A stretch of 64,000 nt of DNA from contig OZ024743.1 in NCBI GenBank assembly GCA_964016885.1, positions 47,120,001 to 47,184,000 on the forward strand, read 5' to 3'. Under the pieces are notes generated by a model. The model searched no databases and was not told where the DNA came from. It saw only the letters and a list, made by a program, of their open reading frames with translations. How positions within the stretch are numbered: position 1 is the first letter of the stretch; each line of letters starts with the position of its first letter. The DNA comes from Eledone cirrhosa. Its lineage: Eukaryota. The position numbers and the translations under genes are program-made. This document shows positions 11,375 through 23,556 of the stretch, piece by piece.

Positions 11375-12960
11375 ATCATCATCATCATCGTTTAATGTCT
11401 ATCTTCCACGCTAGCATGGGTTTAGACGGGAATTGTCGCACTTGAGGCAAGATTGGTTGTCTTGCTCGTATAGGACTGTCTGGCAGGTTTTCTACGGCTG
11501 GATGCCCTTCCTAACACCAACTACGTTTACATTGTGGACTGGGAGGTTTTTACCATGTTACCGACACGGCCACATTACAGCGTGGACTGTGTGTCTTTTT
11601 TGTTGTGACACCTACACGACCTCATTTATTTAGAAATGGGTGGTGTGGATGGGGTGGGGGTAGTGGGATGGGGGTGTATTTTTGTTAAGAGGTGCCTACT
11701 GACTGTAGGTTTCGCTTTGTACTTAGGCAAGGTAGGTCTTCTGTATTACTGCGTAGCGTCAAAGATCTCGGTCCAGTGACATTGTCTTGGAGAAGTGTAA
11801 GTGTGTAAGGTCGGAATTTATAAAATCGTCCCAGGTTTTTCTGGGTCAGCTTACTTACTCCATAGCTTCCATCAATTTTGATCGTTCTGCACTTTTTTAT
11901 ACAGCTGTCATCTTTCATGCGCATCACGTGACTATACCAACGTAGTAAACAGCATCTGATTCCTCTTATTCCTAATTTCTCACTTAGTTCATTTATGCTT
12001 TGCCGTTCACGTATATTACTATTACACATCCAACGGAGCATGCAAGCGTCGTTCCTCTCCAGTCTGCACAGATCCTCTGTACACAATGCCCATGTCTCAC
12101 TGCCACGTAACATTGCTGTTCGTATGCAGGCATCATACAGTCTGCCTTTCATTTTTAGAGAGAAACCTTTAGCAGCCAATAGTGGTATAAGCTTTCTGAA
12201 CTTTTTCCATCCCGTTCTGACTCTGGCTACTGTACTTTTAGAGCACCCTCCACCACTGCTGATCTTGTCACCCAGGTAACGGAATTCCAGGATTCTGAAG
12301 CCTTTCTCATTTCTGGTACCAAACCCGTAGCCTCCATGGACTCCGTCATAGCCGTCACAATGTTGTCTAACATGACCATTTAGGTCACCAGCAATAATTA
12401 TGTAGTCACTGTCGGTTAGTTGGGAAGTAGTGAACATTAGCGACTCATAGAATCTGTCTTTTATAACGCCAGGCAGTCCAGATTGGGGTGCGTAAGCAGA
12501 TATTATTGTCACAGTAGTTCTATTTAGGTCAATTACCTTATCTACCCATTTTTCTGCTAACATAATTTCTACTCCACCCAGCCCATTATAACATTGTTTT
12601 TTACCCACAATGGCATCTAACAGACCCACCCCTCCACCTAGTCTCTTGGACGCAATAAGCATCAACTTCCTTACGTTCAAGCATCTTTACAACCTCGCTA
12701 GAGCGACCTTTTAAAGTGCCTACATTCATGGTACCAACTCTGCAGTTTTGGATTTCGTTTGGTGGGTGGAAGGGATTGGTTGGAAGTGCAGGGAGGGGTG
12801 AGGGAGATGGGGTTATGTTAGCCATCTGAAATAAAGAGGAATCCTTGCATTCTCGTCCGGCAACATGAGGTGAATTCATCTTTATCATCGTCATTTGAGT
12901 GTCCAGATTCTTCGTACTCTCCAGAATTCTATAGTCCATCTAGCATATCAAAGGCAACCA
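11375..12960 (-). mobile_element. RTE LINE internal-deletion derivative
   Basis: APE endonuclease motifs (TMNVGTL, VQETRW, SAYAPQ, AGDLNGH) joined at about 12280 directly to the C-terminal RYLGDKISSGGG region. The RT core is missing. Confidence 0.85.
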
Positions 12961-13069
12961 GGTTTAAACTTAAGGAGTGATAGCCAAGGCGGTGGTTTTG
13001 TAAACAATAATACAAACAAATATTGTTGATTGCATTGGTCAGGCGAAAAAATGTTTGTCAGAGAAGTTG

Positions 13070-13720
13070 AGTGTTGCTATAGGAAAGAAATAGAACCCCC
13101 ATTAGGGTGTCTTAATATTATTGAAATTTGCTGAAATTTTGTGAATGGGTATCATATCTTATTTACCTATGGTTTAAATTTCATATAAATCTAAGAGAAA
13201 AAATGTTCAGCGGGGGTTTTGTGCCCCCAGGGAACCCTTTGATTAAAATGAAATATACTTATCGAAGTACCCTGGGCAATGTAGTTTCAGAATATATATG
13301 GTTATCTCCAAAACCATAGGAGGAGTTCATGAAATCTTGTTCCATTTATTGGCCAAAATTTTCACTATAGGGGGTTTAAACCCCGATTAGGGAGTCTTAA
13401 TATTATTGAAATTTGCTGAAATTTTGTGAATAGGCATCATATCTTGTTATTTACCTATGGTTTAAATTTCATATAAATCGAAGAGAACAAATTTTCAGCA
13501 GGGGTTTTCAGCATGCGTTTGAGATCCCGGAACCCTTTGATTAAAATGAAATATACGTAAGAAATCAAATGGACATGAGCCCCACACGTGTCAAGTTTCA
13601 TCAAGATCGGTTTGGTAGTTTTTGAGTTTTAGGTTCACACACAAACAAACAAACAGACAGAAATTGCCATTTATGTATATAGACTAGCAGAAAACCGCCC
13701 ACAGGGTGGATTTCTGCTAG
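13070..13720 (-). mobile_element. Non-autonomous Helitron-like fragment
   Basis: Minus strand starts TCTATATACATAAATGGCAATTTCTGTCTGTTTG, a typical Helitron-N 5' pattern. Internal duplication of about 280 bp. Adjacent CTAG-ended hairpin. Confidence 0.5.
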
Positions 13721-13842
13721 TATATATATATATTACACACACAGAAATGTATATATATTTCTGTGTGTGTATATATATATATATTAGACACAGAAATGTA
13801 TATATATTTCTGTGTGTATATATATATATTTCTGTGTGTGTA

Positions 13843-15048
13843 TCATCATCATCATCATCATCATCACTTGCATGGGTTTGGACGGGAGTTTTCCCACTTG
13901 AGGCAAGAGTGATTGTCTGGCTCGCATAGGACTGTCTGGCGGGTTTTCTACAGCTGGATGCCCTTCCTAACACCAACCACATTTACAGTGTGGGGCTAGG
14001 AGATTTTTACCGTGTTGCCTACACGGCCACATTACAGCGTGGACTGTGTGTTTTATTGTCGTGACACCTACACGATCTCCTTTGTTTTGGCCTGGATGTT
14101 GTGGCACCAACATAACTTTACATTGAAAGGGGCGGTGTGGATGGGGTGGGGGTGGTGGGACGGGGGTGTATTTTGTTAGAGATGCCTACTGACTGTAGTA
14201 GGTTTTACTTTGTATTTAGGTAAGGTGGGTCTTCTCTATTACTGAGTACCGCCAAAGGTCTCGGTCCAGTGACATTGTCTTGGAGAGGTGTAAGTGTGTG
14301 AGGTCGGAATTTATCAGCTCGTCCCAGGTTTTTCTGGGTCTGCCTACTCCGTAGCTACCATCTATATTTATTGCCCCGCACTTTGTTATACAGCTGTCGT
14401 CTTTCATGCGCATCACGTGACCATACCAACGTAGCCTTTTCTCGAGTAAACAACATCTGATCCCTCTTATTTCTAATTTTTTCCTTAGTTCACTTATGCT
14501 TTGCCGTTCACGTATATTACTATTACACATCCAGCGGAGCATGCAAGCTTCGTTCCTCTCTAGTCTGCGTATATCCTCTGCACACAATGCCCAGGTCTCA
14601 CTGCCATGCAACATTGCTGTTCGTATGCAGGCATCATACAACCTGCCTTTCATTTTTAGGGAGAACCCTTTAGCGGCTAATAGTGGTATAAGCTCTCTGA
14701 ACTTTTTCCATCCAGTTCTGACTCTAGCTACTGTACTTTCAGAGCACCCTCCCCCACTGCTGATTTTGTCACCCAGGTAACGGAAGCTGTCCACTATTTC
14801 TATAGAACCCTCTGCGCAATTGAAAGAGCTAGTATTCTGTGGGCACTTGCTGCTACTTATTGCACCAGAGCACCGGCCACATGTAAAATCTATGTTCTTA
14901 GGTAGCTTACCTGTGATCCCACTACATCTTTTATGCACCTATACTTTGCATTTGGGACATAAAATGGAGTTTCTACCTACGCCTTTCCTACACACTGAGC
15001 ATGGCCATTTCCCGGAAGGGACCGTCGCCTTATTTTCTTTCCTACAAA
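13843..15048 (-). mobile_element. RTE LINE 3' part, inserted in a TA/CA satellite
   Basis: Near-identical to the 3' part of the 8491-11216 copy, with an in-frame stop at about 14939 and a (GAT)n tail. Confidence 0.9.
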
Positions 15049-15089
15049 CTATATATATTACACACACACAGAAATGTATATATGTTTCT

Positions 15090-15460
15090 GTAGCACTCCT
15101 CAATTCCCCTCTCTCTCCTCTCTCCCTCCCGCTATCCCCCTCTTGTAGTCTGTCTCTTTCTTTCACTCTTACTCTCTCTCTACGCGTGCGCAAAAAACAT
15201 TCGCACGCGTTTTAGCGTCTATTCACTCTCTCTCTCCCTCCCGCTATCCCCTTCTCGTAGTCTGTCTCTTTCTTTCACTCTCACTCTCTCCCTACACGTG
15301 CGCAAAAAACATTCGCATGCGCGCACGTGTTTCCACTGTTGGACAGACAGACAGAGAAATTGCTGGTTATATATTATAAGGAGACTAGCAGAAAACCACA
15401 CGGTGGGCGGTTTTCTGCTAGTATATATATATATATTACACACACAGAAATGTATATATA

Positions 15461-15497
<37 letters not shown>

Positions 15498-16025
15498 TAC
15501 ACACACAGAAATGTATATATATTTCTGTGTGTATATATATATATATATTACACACACAGAAATGTATATATATATATATTACACACACAGAAATGTATAT
15601 ATATTTCTGTGTGTGTATATATATATATATTACACACACAGAAATGTATATATATTTCTGTGTGTATATATATATATTTCTGTGTGTGTATATATATATA
15701 TATATTACACACACAGAGAAATGTATATATGTTTCTGTAGCACTCCTCAATTCCCCCCTCTCTCCCTCCCGCTATCTCCTTCTTGTAGTCTGTCTCTTTC
15801 TTTCACTCTCACTCTCTCTCTACGCGTGCGCAAAAAACATTCGCACACACGCATGTGTTTTAGCGTTTATTCACTCTCTCTCCCGCTATCCCCCTCTCGT
15901 AGTCTGTCTCTTTCTTTCACTCTCACTCTCTCTCTACGAGTGCGCAAAAAACATTCGCACGCGCGCACGTGTTTCCACTGTCGGACAGACAGACAGAGAA
16001 ATTGCTGGTTATATATTATAAGGAG
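15090..16025 (-). mobile_element. Two Helitron-like 5' fragments separated by an acacagaaatgtatatatatttctgtgt satellite
   Basis: Direct duplication (about 15090-15383 and 15737-16025). Minus strand begins TCTCCTTATAATATATAACCAGCAATTTCTCTGTCTGTCTGTCC. Confidence 0.5.
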
Positions 16026-16257
16026 ATTACTGAAGAATTTGGAGGGGTGTACTAAAATTATTTCAGTTATTAAGGTGATATTTCTAACTTAACAAAAGGT
16101 TCTTATACAATGGTATTTCTAACTTAACAAAAGGTTCTTATGGTGGAAGATTTTAATATAAATTAAAACCATTTAAAATTTCCACCATGATTTTAGATTG
16201 GGAGGCAGGTTTTCACCATATATCATAAGTGAATATTGATTTTATTATTATTTTCAG

Positions 16258-16368
16258 ATAAAATATACACAGGGTGGCCCTGAAAACCTTGAAATAGCTA
16301 GAGCTTATTTCAGTGAAGCTGCAAAACTAAATCCACACAACCTCCGCAGTTTATTTGGATTGTTAATG
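16258..16368 (+). CDS. EMC2: EMC2 exon
   Basis: ttttcag acceptor and gtaaat donor. Encodes [37 protein letters not shown] (cf. EMC2 KYTQGG.ENLE..R.YF..A.KLN..N.R.LFGL). Confidence 0.95.
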
Positions 16369-17903
16369 GTAAATATACATTTATTTATTATCTTTTCTTT
16401 ACACTTCAAATAATTCAAAGCCAATGTATTTTGTGTATGTCTTAGATCAATGGCAAAATATGTTGGCTGCTAGACTAATTCTCCTCATGAGCAGCCTTTC
16501 TACTCCCAACATTGTCATCATTTGTAATTTTAGTGAAACCCCTTTCAAGGCACTACCAACCAATATATTGTATTACGATAGAAAACTTGTCAGCTAATGT
16601 AAACTTATCTACATCTCTCTCTCTTCATGTTTCTCTATCACTCCTCTCTCCTCAACTTTCTTTCTCTCTGTCTCTCTTTTCCACTTTCATCATTTTAAGA
16701 TAGTTGTTCATTTTTCAAACTGTAGAAAGATAAAGGTAGAATAAAATCTAGAATCACATTATTACCTACTCACAATTATGACTGACCTAAAGATCCCCCC
16801 ACACAATAATCTCTTTATCAGTATTGTAACCTAGTTTTAATATCATTTTGTAGTTATGTCTGACCTAACTCCATAGAAGGATCTCTACACCAGTACTGTA
16901 ACCTAATAAAACATTTGTAAATTTTAGTGTTGCTGTTTATTACAATGCTAAGTCATTTTACATTTCTTTTACTCTTACTGGTTTTAGTCATTTGACTGTG
17001 GCCATGCTGGAGCACCTCATTCTAATGTATAGTCGATTATATTAATCTCTTACTACTTATTTTTATCAACCTTGCAAAGAAAAATATGGAACTGGATAGG
17101 ATTTCATCTGTAGGATTTCTGTCGGTGAGGAAGGCCCCTACAGTCATGTCTAGAAAACATCACTGCATCGCACCTTCCTTAAGCATGCAACTAAACCCTT
17201 TAGGATTGTTCTGAAAGCTAGACCTCACAATCACCAAAGATCTCTTATAAAGAACACATATTCACAACATAGCTAGGACTACACCTGGCTCTTTTCAGGA
17301 CCAGAAAATACTTCAACCCCCTACAACTTTTACAAGGTTTAGGTAAGACATACAAGAGAATACTGCTCCCATATCTGGGGGTTGTCCTGCTGTTGCTCAC
17401 ACTGACATCCTAGACTGCTTCCATGAAGAAGCCACTTAGCTAATTAGTTTAAAGTTCCCCTCTTGTTTCTTCTACCTTTGCTACAATGGCCTCTATTCCT
17501 CAGAGCTTACCAATCTCATGCTGCTTCCACTCACTCATGACCCACTCACTTTTCTTTCTTCCTCATCACCCATATTGTCCTCCACCTCTACTTCGTTCTC
17601 ACACTAATCACTATGACCAGTCCTTTCAGCTCATGTCTTTCTAAAAAGAGTGGAATGGCAATAGCTTAAGCAAATCATTAACAGCGTCAATCTTTCCTGT
17701 CTCGGGTTACCTGTCAATACCATGGTCACTTCCCTTATCTATCTATCTGTCTAGTCATCCATCTTTAATTTTTCTAGTCATGTTTCATACTGTCTACCAC
17801 CGAAGCTGTGTTGCTATTAAAGGAAATGAAATGTTCAAACAGCAAGGTTGATGATTTAATACTGAAATAACGTAATTCTTCCTTTATCACTTTCTTTTAA
17901 CAG

Positions 17904-18008
17904 ACCGCAAGTGGCTTAGCTGTTTACCATTCAAAGAATTCCAAAGAAAGGCAAGCTAACACAAAATATGCTATGTGGGCTGCAGAGCAAATCAATGAAA
18001 TCTATGGA
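17904..18008 (+). CDS. EMC2: EMC2 exon
   Basis: taacag acceptor and gtaagt donor. Encodes TASGLAVYHSKNSKERQANTKYAMWAAEQINEIYG (cf. KYA.WAA.QIN..Y). Confidence 0.9.
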
Positions 18009-19057
18009 GTAAGTAGTGTCCAACTTCCGTGGTATCTTTGTATATGTTATTGAATGACAAATTACCCAATACATTAGGGAGTCGGATTAAATGCCTCAAT
18101 ATTTGTTCTGGTTCATTGTGGTCTGGGTTCAAATCTTGCTGATGTAAAATTTTGCCTTTCGTCGTTTTGATGTTGATAAATAAAGTATCAGTGAAGGGGC
18201 AGTGGATTGGCAGAAGATTTGGACAGGATGTTATGTGCTATCTGATCTCGCTCTGAGTATTCTGAGTTCAAATCATGTCTACTATCAGGAGTAGTAACCA
18301 GCAGGTATCAGCAATGAAAAGACCAATGGAAACATATTTACCTTGGTCTACTCTGACAATTGATGAATAGTAACATCCTTCATTACAAGATTCTAATCAT
18401 TTGTTTAGTATATTTCATGCTTGGGTGGTTTAGTATATTTCATGCTTTGAAGTGAAGAGGTTCCTGGTTTGATCCCATTGGTGAATTCTTTCAGGAGTAT
18501 GATTAATTTTGTGATGAGACTCCACAAAGCTAACTCCTGCTTTAGCTGGGAAAATCGCTTTAAAATGCTTGGTATTGTAAATTTAAAGTGGTATTATTAA
18601 ATAAACTTTTTTGTGTGGGTAAATTTCTAAATTTTATATTATATCTTTTTAACACTAAACATATAAATGTGTAATGGTGGAACATGAAGCAAAAAAGGCT
18701 AAGAACCACTGACTTGCACCTTTTATATATTTGAGAAAGCATATCACAACATGTCAGTAACTTTCTTGCGCTTAAGAATCAATTCATTATTTCTAATGAT
18801 AAAAGGGTGGTGGATTGACAGAATCATCATAGCATCAAACAAAATGCTTTGCAGTATTTGTTCCAGCTCTGCATTTTGAACCTAAATCCTGCAGAGGTCA
18901 AATTTGCCTTTTGACCTTCCAGTGTTAATAAAATAAAGTACCTGTCAAGTACTGGAGGTCGATTTAATTGACTTTCCCTTCCCTCCAAATTGTCTTGTCT
19001 CTGAAGTAGAAACAATTATTTCTAACAATCTCTTTCTGTTTTTCTCTTCCATTCCAG

Positions 19058-19150
19058 AGTGAATTGTCAAAAAGCCAGATATCTAATATGAAAATTACAG
19101 AAACTATAGAGAAATTGTTAGGAGAGGTCTCAGTGAAGACAACAAACTGA
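19058..19150 (+). CDS. EMC2: EMC2 terminal coding exon
   Basis: Polypyrimidine tract plus ccag acceptor. Encodes SELSKSQISNMKITETIEKLLGEVSVKTTN then TGA. Phase 0 and length fit the EMC2 C-terminus. Confidence 0.8.
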   Translation, partial: SELSKSQISNMKITETIEKLLGEVSVKTTN

Positions 19151-19173
19151 TGTTATCAACAGTTTTTTTTTTC

Positions 19174-19373
19174 NNNNNNNNNNNNNNNNNNNNNNNNNNN
19201 NNNNNNNNNNNNNNNNNNNNNNNNNNNNNNNNNNNNNNNNNNNNNNNNNNNNNNNNNNNNNNNNNNNNNNNNNNNNNNNNNNNNNNNNNNNNNNNNNNNN
19301 NNNNNNNNNNNNNNNNNNNNNNNNNNNNNNNNNNNNNNNNNNNNNNNNNNNNNNNNNNNNNNNNNNNNNNNNN
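19174..19373. other. Assembly gap
   Basis: 200 N immediately downstream of the EMC2 stop codon. Confidence 1.
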
Positions 19374-21694
19374 CACCTATACTTAACTAACTACCTGACT
19401 ATCTACCAACCTATCTGTCTGTCTGTATGTCTGTGTGTGAGAAGGATGTACTGACATAATGTCTGATGCTAGTGGCTTAATATTTGGTGGATGAGTTATA
19501 CCAGAGTTATATTATTAATATGAGTATGGTTGTGTGAGTGATATCATTATTATTATTTCTAAATGTGTGAGCATGATGGAATTGGCAGCTGCAGCAGCAC
19601 AGGCTGTTTGGACTATTATTAGTATGACTATTATGGCTGTTACTAGTATGATTACTGTTACTAGTATGGACTGTTCATAAATGAAAGATGCTCTTTCAAA
19701 ACAAGAATCTTTTTGTTACCCTTATTAATTCATTAGTAATGAATTTACATAAATATTCTCTACACCACTTCTCATGTTTTTGGCTATTTTTTTTAAAAAT
19801 GTCTTTATTTATTGTGAAGGTGTTTGACTCACCATCATAAGGTTATGGGTTTGTTTCCTAGGCAGAGTGGCATGTTGTGTCCTTGAGAAAGATACTTCAT
19901 TTCATGTTGCTTTGTCCAATTCATGCAAGCATAGAAAAATGAAATATAATGGTGGCTCTAACTCTATTTATTTATCATCTTCATCATCATCACCATTTTA
20001 TGTGTTTTCCATGCTGGTATAGGTTGGATGAGTTGTCACAGTCTGAGATTAGACTGGACATATGACCACATTTCACTCATATGTTCCATTTTGGCACAGT
20101 TTCTAATGCTAACCACTTTACATTATGTATTGGGTGCATTTTATTGTGACACCAACACTACCACATTATAGAGTGAACTGAGTGTATTTTTATCATGGTA
20201 TCAGCACTACCACTTCACAGAGTGGATTTCATGCATTTTATTGTGACACCAGCATTACCACATTATAGAGTGAACTGGGTGTATTTTATCATGGCACTAG
20301 TACTTTACAATGTAGAGGATACATTTTATTGTGGCATAAGCACTACCACCAGGTAAAATTTGTATCAAATAGTAACCTTTCTTTATAATAATTATGTTGG
20401 TCATTCAGTTATTAATTTATCCTGAGGTTTAATTGAAATATATCATTATAGTTATGTTTGTATATATCCTTATAGTTATGTTTGTATATATCCTTGTACA
20501 TATATATATATATATATATTTATTTATATATATTTATATTTATACATATTGTATATGCGTTTGTATACAGTGTGACTATATAAGGTTTAAGAGTACTCTT
20601 CAGCCTGGCCAAGCATGTAACAACTTCTCTAGTGTTGGTGCCACAGTAAAATACACCCAACAAACTCTGTAAAGTAGAAGTACTAGTGTTATGAAAAACA
20701 CATCCAGTATACCCTATAAGGTGGTTGGTAGATAGGGCATCCACCCATAGAAACCATGTCAAATATGGAACATAATGAGCACGGTGAGGTCACTCTAATC
20801 GGTCAGGTCTCTGTAACAGCCCAGCCAACCTATGCCAGCATGGAAAGAAGACGTAAAATTATTATGATGGTGATAATACATCATCATCATTGGGCTGGAG
20901 AAGATGCACTTGCTGCTACCTCCAGTGTAGCACATGTACAGCTATATGTATATATAATATAGGGTAGAGATGACAATGGAGAGGCATATGGCAGTCTCTC
21001 GAATACTGGTCTCACAATAAATGCACCCTGTACACTCTGTAAAGTGGTACAGACGGTGCCATGATAAAATACACAAAGTGGTTGGTGATTGAGCAAAGAC
21101 TATAGGGTAGAAAGGACTCTTCAGTTTGGCAAAACATGACAACCTCATTAATGCCACGATAAAATGCACTTGGTACACCCGTTAAAGTGGTTGGCATTAG
21201 GAAAGGTATCCAAGTATAGAAACCCATGTCAAATATGGAATGTATGAGATATCAAGTTTAGGATTGTGGCAACTTGTCCGAACCATGCTAGTATGGAAGG
21301 CGAACGTAAAATGGTGGCGATGATTTTTTATGGTTAGACTGATCATCACAGACAAAGACAATACTTTATTAGTGTTGGTGATAGGATCACGTCTAAGTTA
21401 TGAGAATATATCCTGGTAATGGCATGGTTTCTACAGCTGGATGCCTTTCTGATCACCAACTATTTTACATAGTGTATTGTGTGCATTTTATTATGGCACT
21501 GGTACTAGGGAGGTTGTCATAACCTTGACAATTGAAGAGTCCTCTCAAACTGTTGGCATGGTTTCTATCACTGGATACCCTTCCTAACAGTAACTACTGT
21601 ACAGTGTACGGAGGTGCATTTTATCGTAGCACCAGCGCCAGGGAGGTTTCTACACAAAACTGGACTTCTCTCAACACTTTGGCAAGATTTCAGA

Positions 21695-22055
21695 TATCCT
21701 TGTACATATTCTACATTTGTTTGTATATATCCTTGAATATATGTTCATATATATCCTTGTATGTATTCTACATATGTTTGTATATATCCTTGAATATATG
21801 TTTATATATATCCTTGTACATATTCTACATATGTTTGTATATATCCTTGAATATATGTTTATATATATATATCATCATCTTCGTTTAACATCCATCTTCC
21901 ATGCTAGCATGGGTTATCCTTGTATATATTCTACATATGTTTGTATATATCCTTGTACATATTGTATATATATATATCCTTGTACATATTCTACATATGT
22001 TTGTATATATCCTTGTACATATTGTATATATATATATATATATCCTTGTATATAT
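21695..22055. repeat. AT-rich minisatellite (atatccttgtacatattctacatatgtttgtat-like units)
   Basis: Repeated imperfect units. A related 33-bp repeat with about 5 copies lies at 24571-24735. Confidence 0.75.
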
Positions 22056-22622
22056 GTTTGTTGACTCCAGATCAGAAGGCTGCGTGTTCACATCACGTCG
22101 GGGTCACCACTTTAGGCGGGGGAGGGGGGGGGGTCGTCAGTCATCCCGTCTAATTGGATATTGTTTACTGGCACATAGTCAAAGAAGGAATAAGGAACAT
22201 ACCTCAATTTTATGTTATAAAAACATTTTTATATAGGTGCAATTACAGAATATTTTCAAATACTTTAGTGCTCCTAGGTTTGGGATATATTTAAGACGTT
22301 GTATACTGCCGCATGGTGTGATGTCATCCTTTGGATCACTGCATAGAGATAACACATCTATTGTCTCCAAGCTCTCATTGTCCAAGTGTTATTGTCAGAA
22401 CTAAGGGCAGTTAATCGACTGCCTTCACAGTCGACGCTAGATGGCGTGATCTTCTACAATATCCTTGTACATACTGAATATTTGTATTTATATTATTGTT
22501 CATACTTTGTATATGTTTGTATATATCTTTCTACATATTGTGTATATGTTTGTATGTATCCCTGTACATACTGTATATGTTTGTATGTATCCCTGTACAT
22601 ACTGTATATGTATTTGTATATA

Positions 22623-23556
22623 CAGGTTGAGCATAAAGTTTCCCTGATTAGAAACCTTTATTATGCAAAACAAACAAGATAGTAAAACATTTTTTTCACA
22701 CTTATAGCATATATCTAGGTTTTTTTTACACTTATAGCATATATCTAGGTTATTTTCACACTTATAGCATATATCTAGGTTATTTTCACACTTATAGCAT
22801 ATATCTAGGTTATTTTCACACTTATAGCATATATCTAGGTTATTTTCACACTTATAGCATATATTTAGGTTTTTTCCACACTTATAGCATATAACAAGGT
22901 TATTTTCACATTATAGCATATATCTAGGTTATTTTCACACTTATAGCATATATCTAGGTTATTTTCACACTTATAGCATATATCTAGGTTATTTTCACAC
23001 TTATAGCATATATCTAGGTTATTTTCACACTTATAGCATATATCTAGAAGGTTTTTTTCACACTTATAGCATATATCAAGGTTTTTTTCACACTTATAGC
23101 ATATATCTAGGTTATTTTCACATTATAGTATATATCAAGGTTTTTTTCACACTTATAGTATATATCTAGGTTTTTTTTCACACTTATAGCATATATCTAG
23201 GTTATTTTCACACTTATAACATATAACAAGGTTTTTTTCACATTATAGCATATATCTAGATGGTTTTTTTCACACATATATGTCTAGAAGGTTTTTTTCA
23301 CACTTATAGCATATGTCTAGAAGGTTTTTTTCACACTTATAGCATATATCTAGAAAGTTTTTTTCACACTTATAGCATATATCTAGGTTTTTTTCACACT
23401 TATAGCATATATCTAGATGTTTTTTTTCACACTTATAGTATATCTCTAGAAGGTTTTTTCATTCACACATGAACTTTAGTGAACAATGAAAAAGTAAAAT
23501 CTCAAATAGTATCTGAGATATGGTATTTTATAATCAGGGACTTTATGCTCACCCTG
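22623..23556. mobile_element. Tc1/mariner-type MITE containing a 30-bp minisatellite
   Basis: TIRs CAGGTTGAGCATAAAGTTTCCCTGATTA and TAATCAGGGACTTTATGCTCACCCTG, with TA on both sides. About 25 copies of ttttcacacttatagcatatatctagg inside (22690-23460). Confidence 0.85.

Noticed and set aside
15298-16092. 264-aa and overlapping ORFs
   Set aside because: Translations of TA/CA satellite and Helitron-like repeats.
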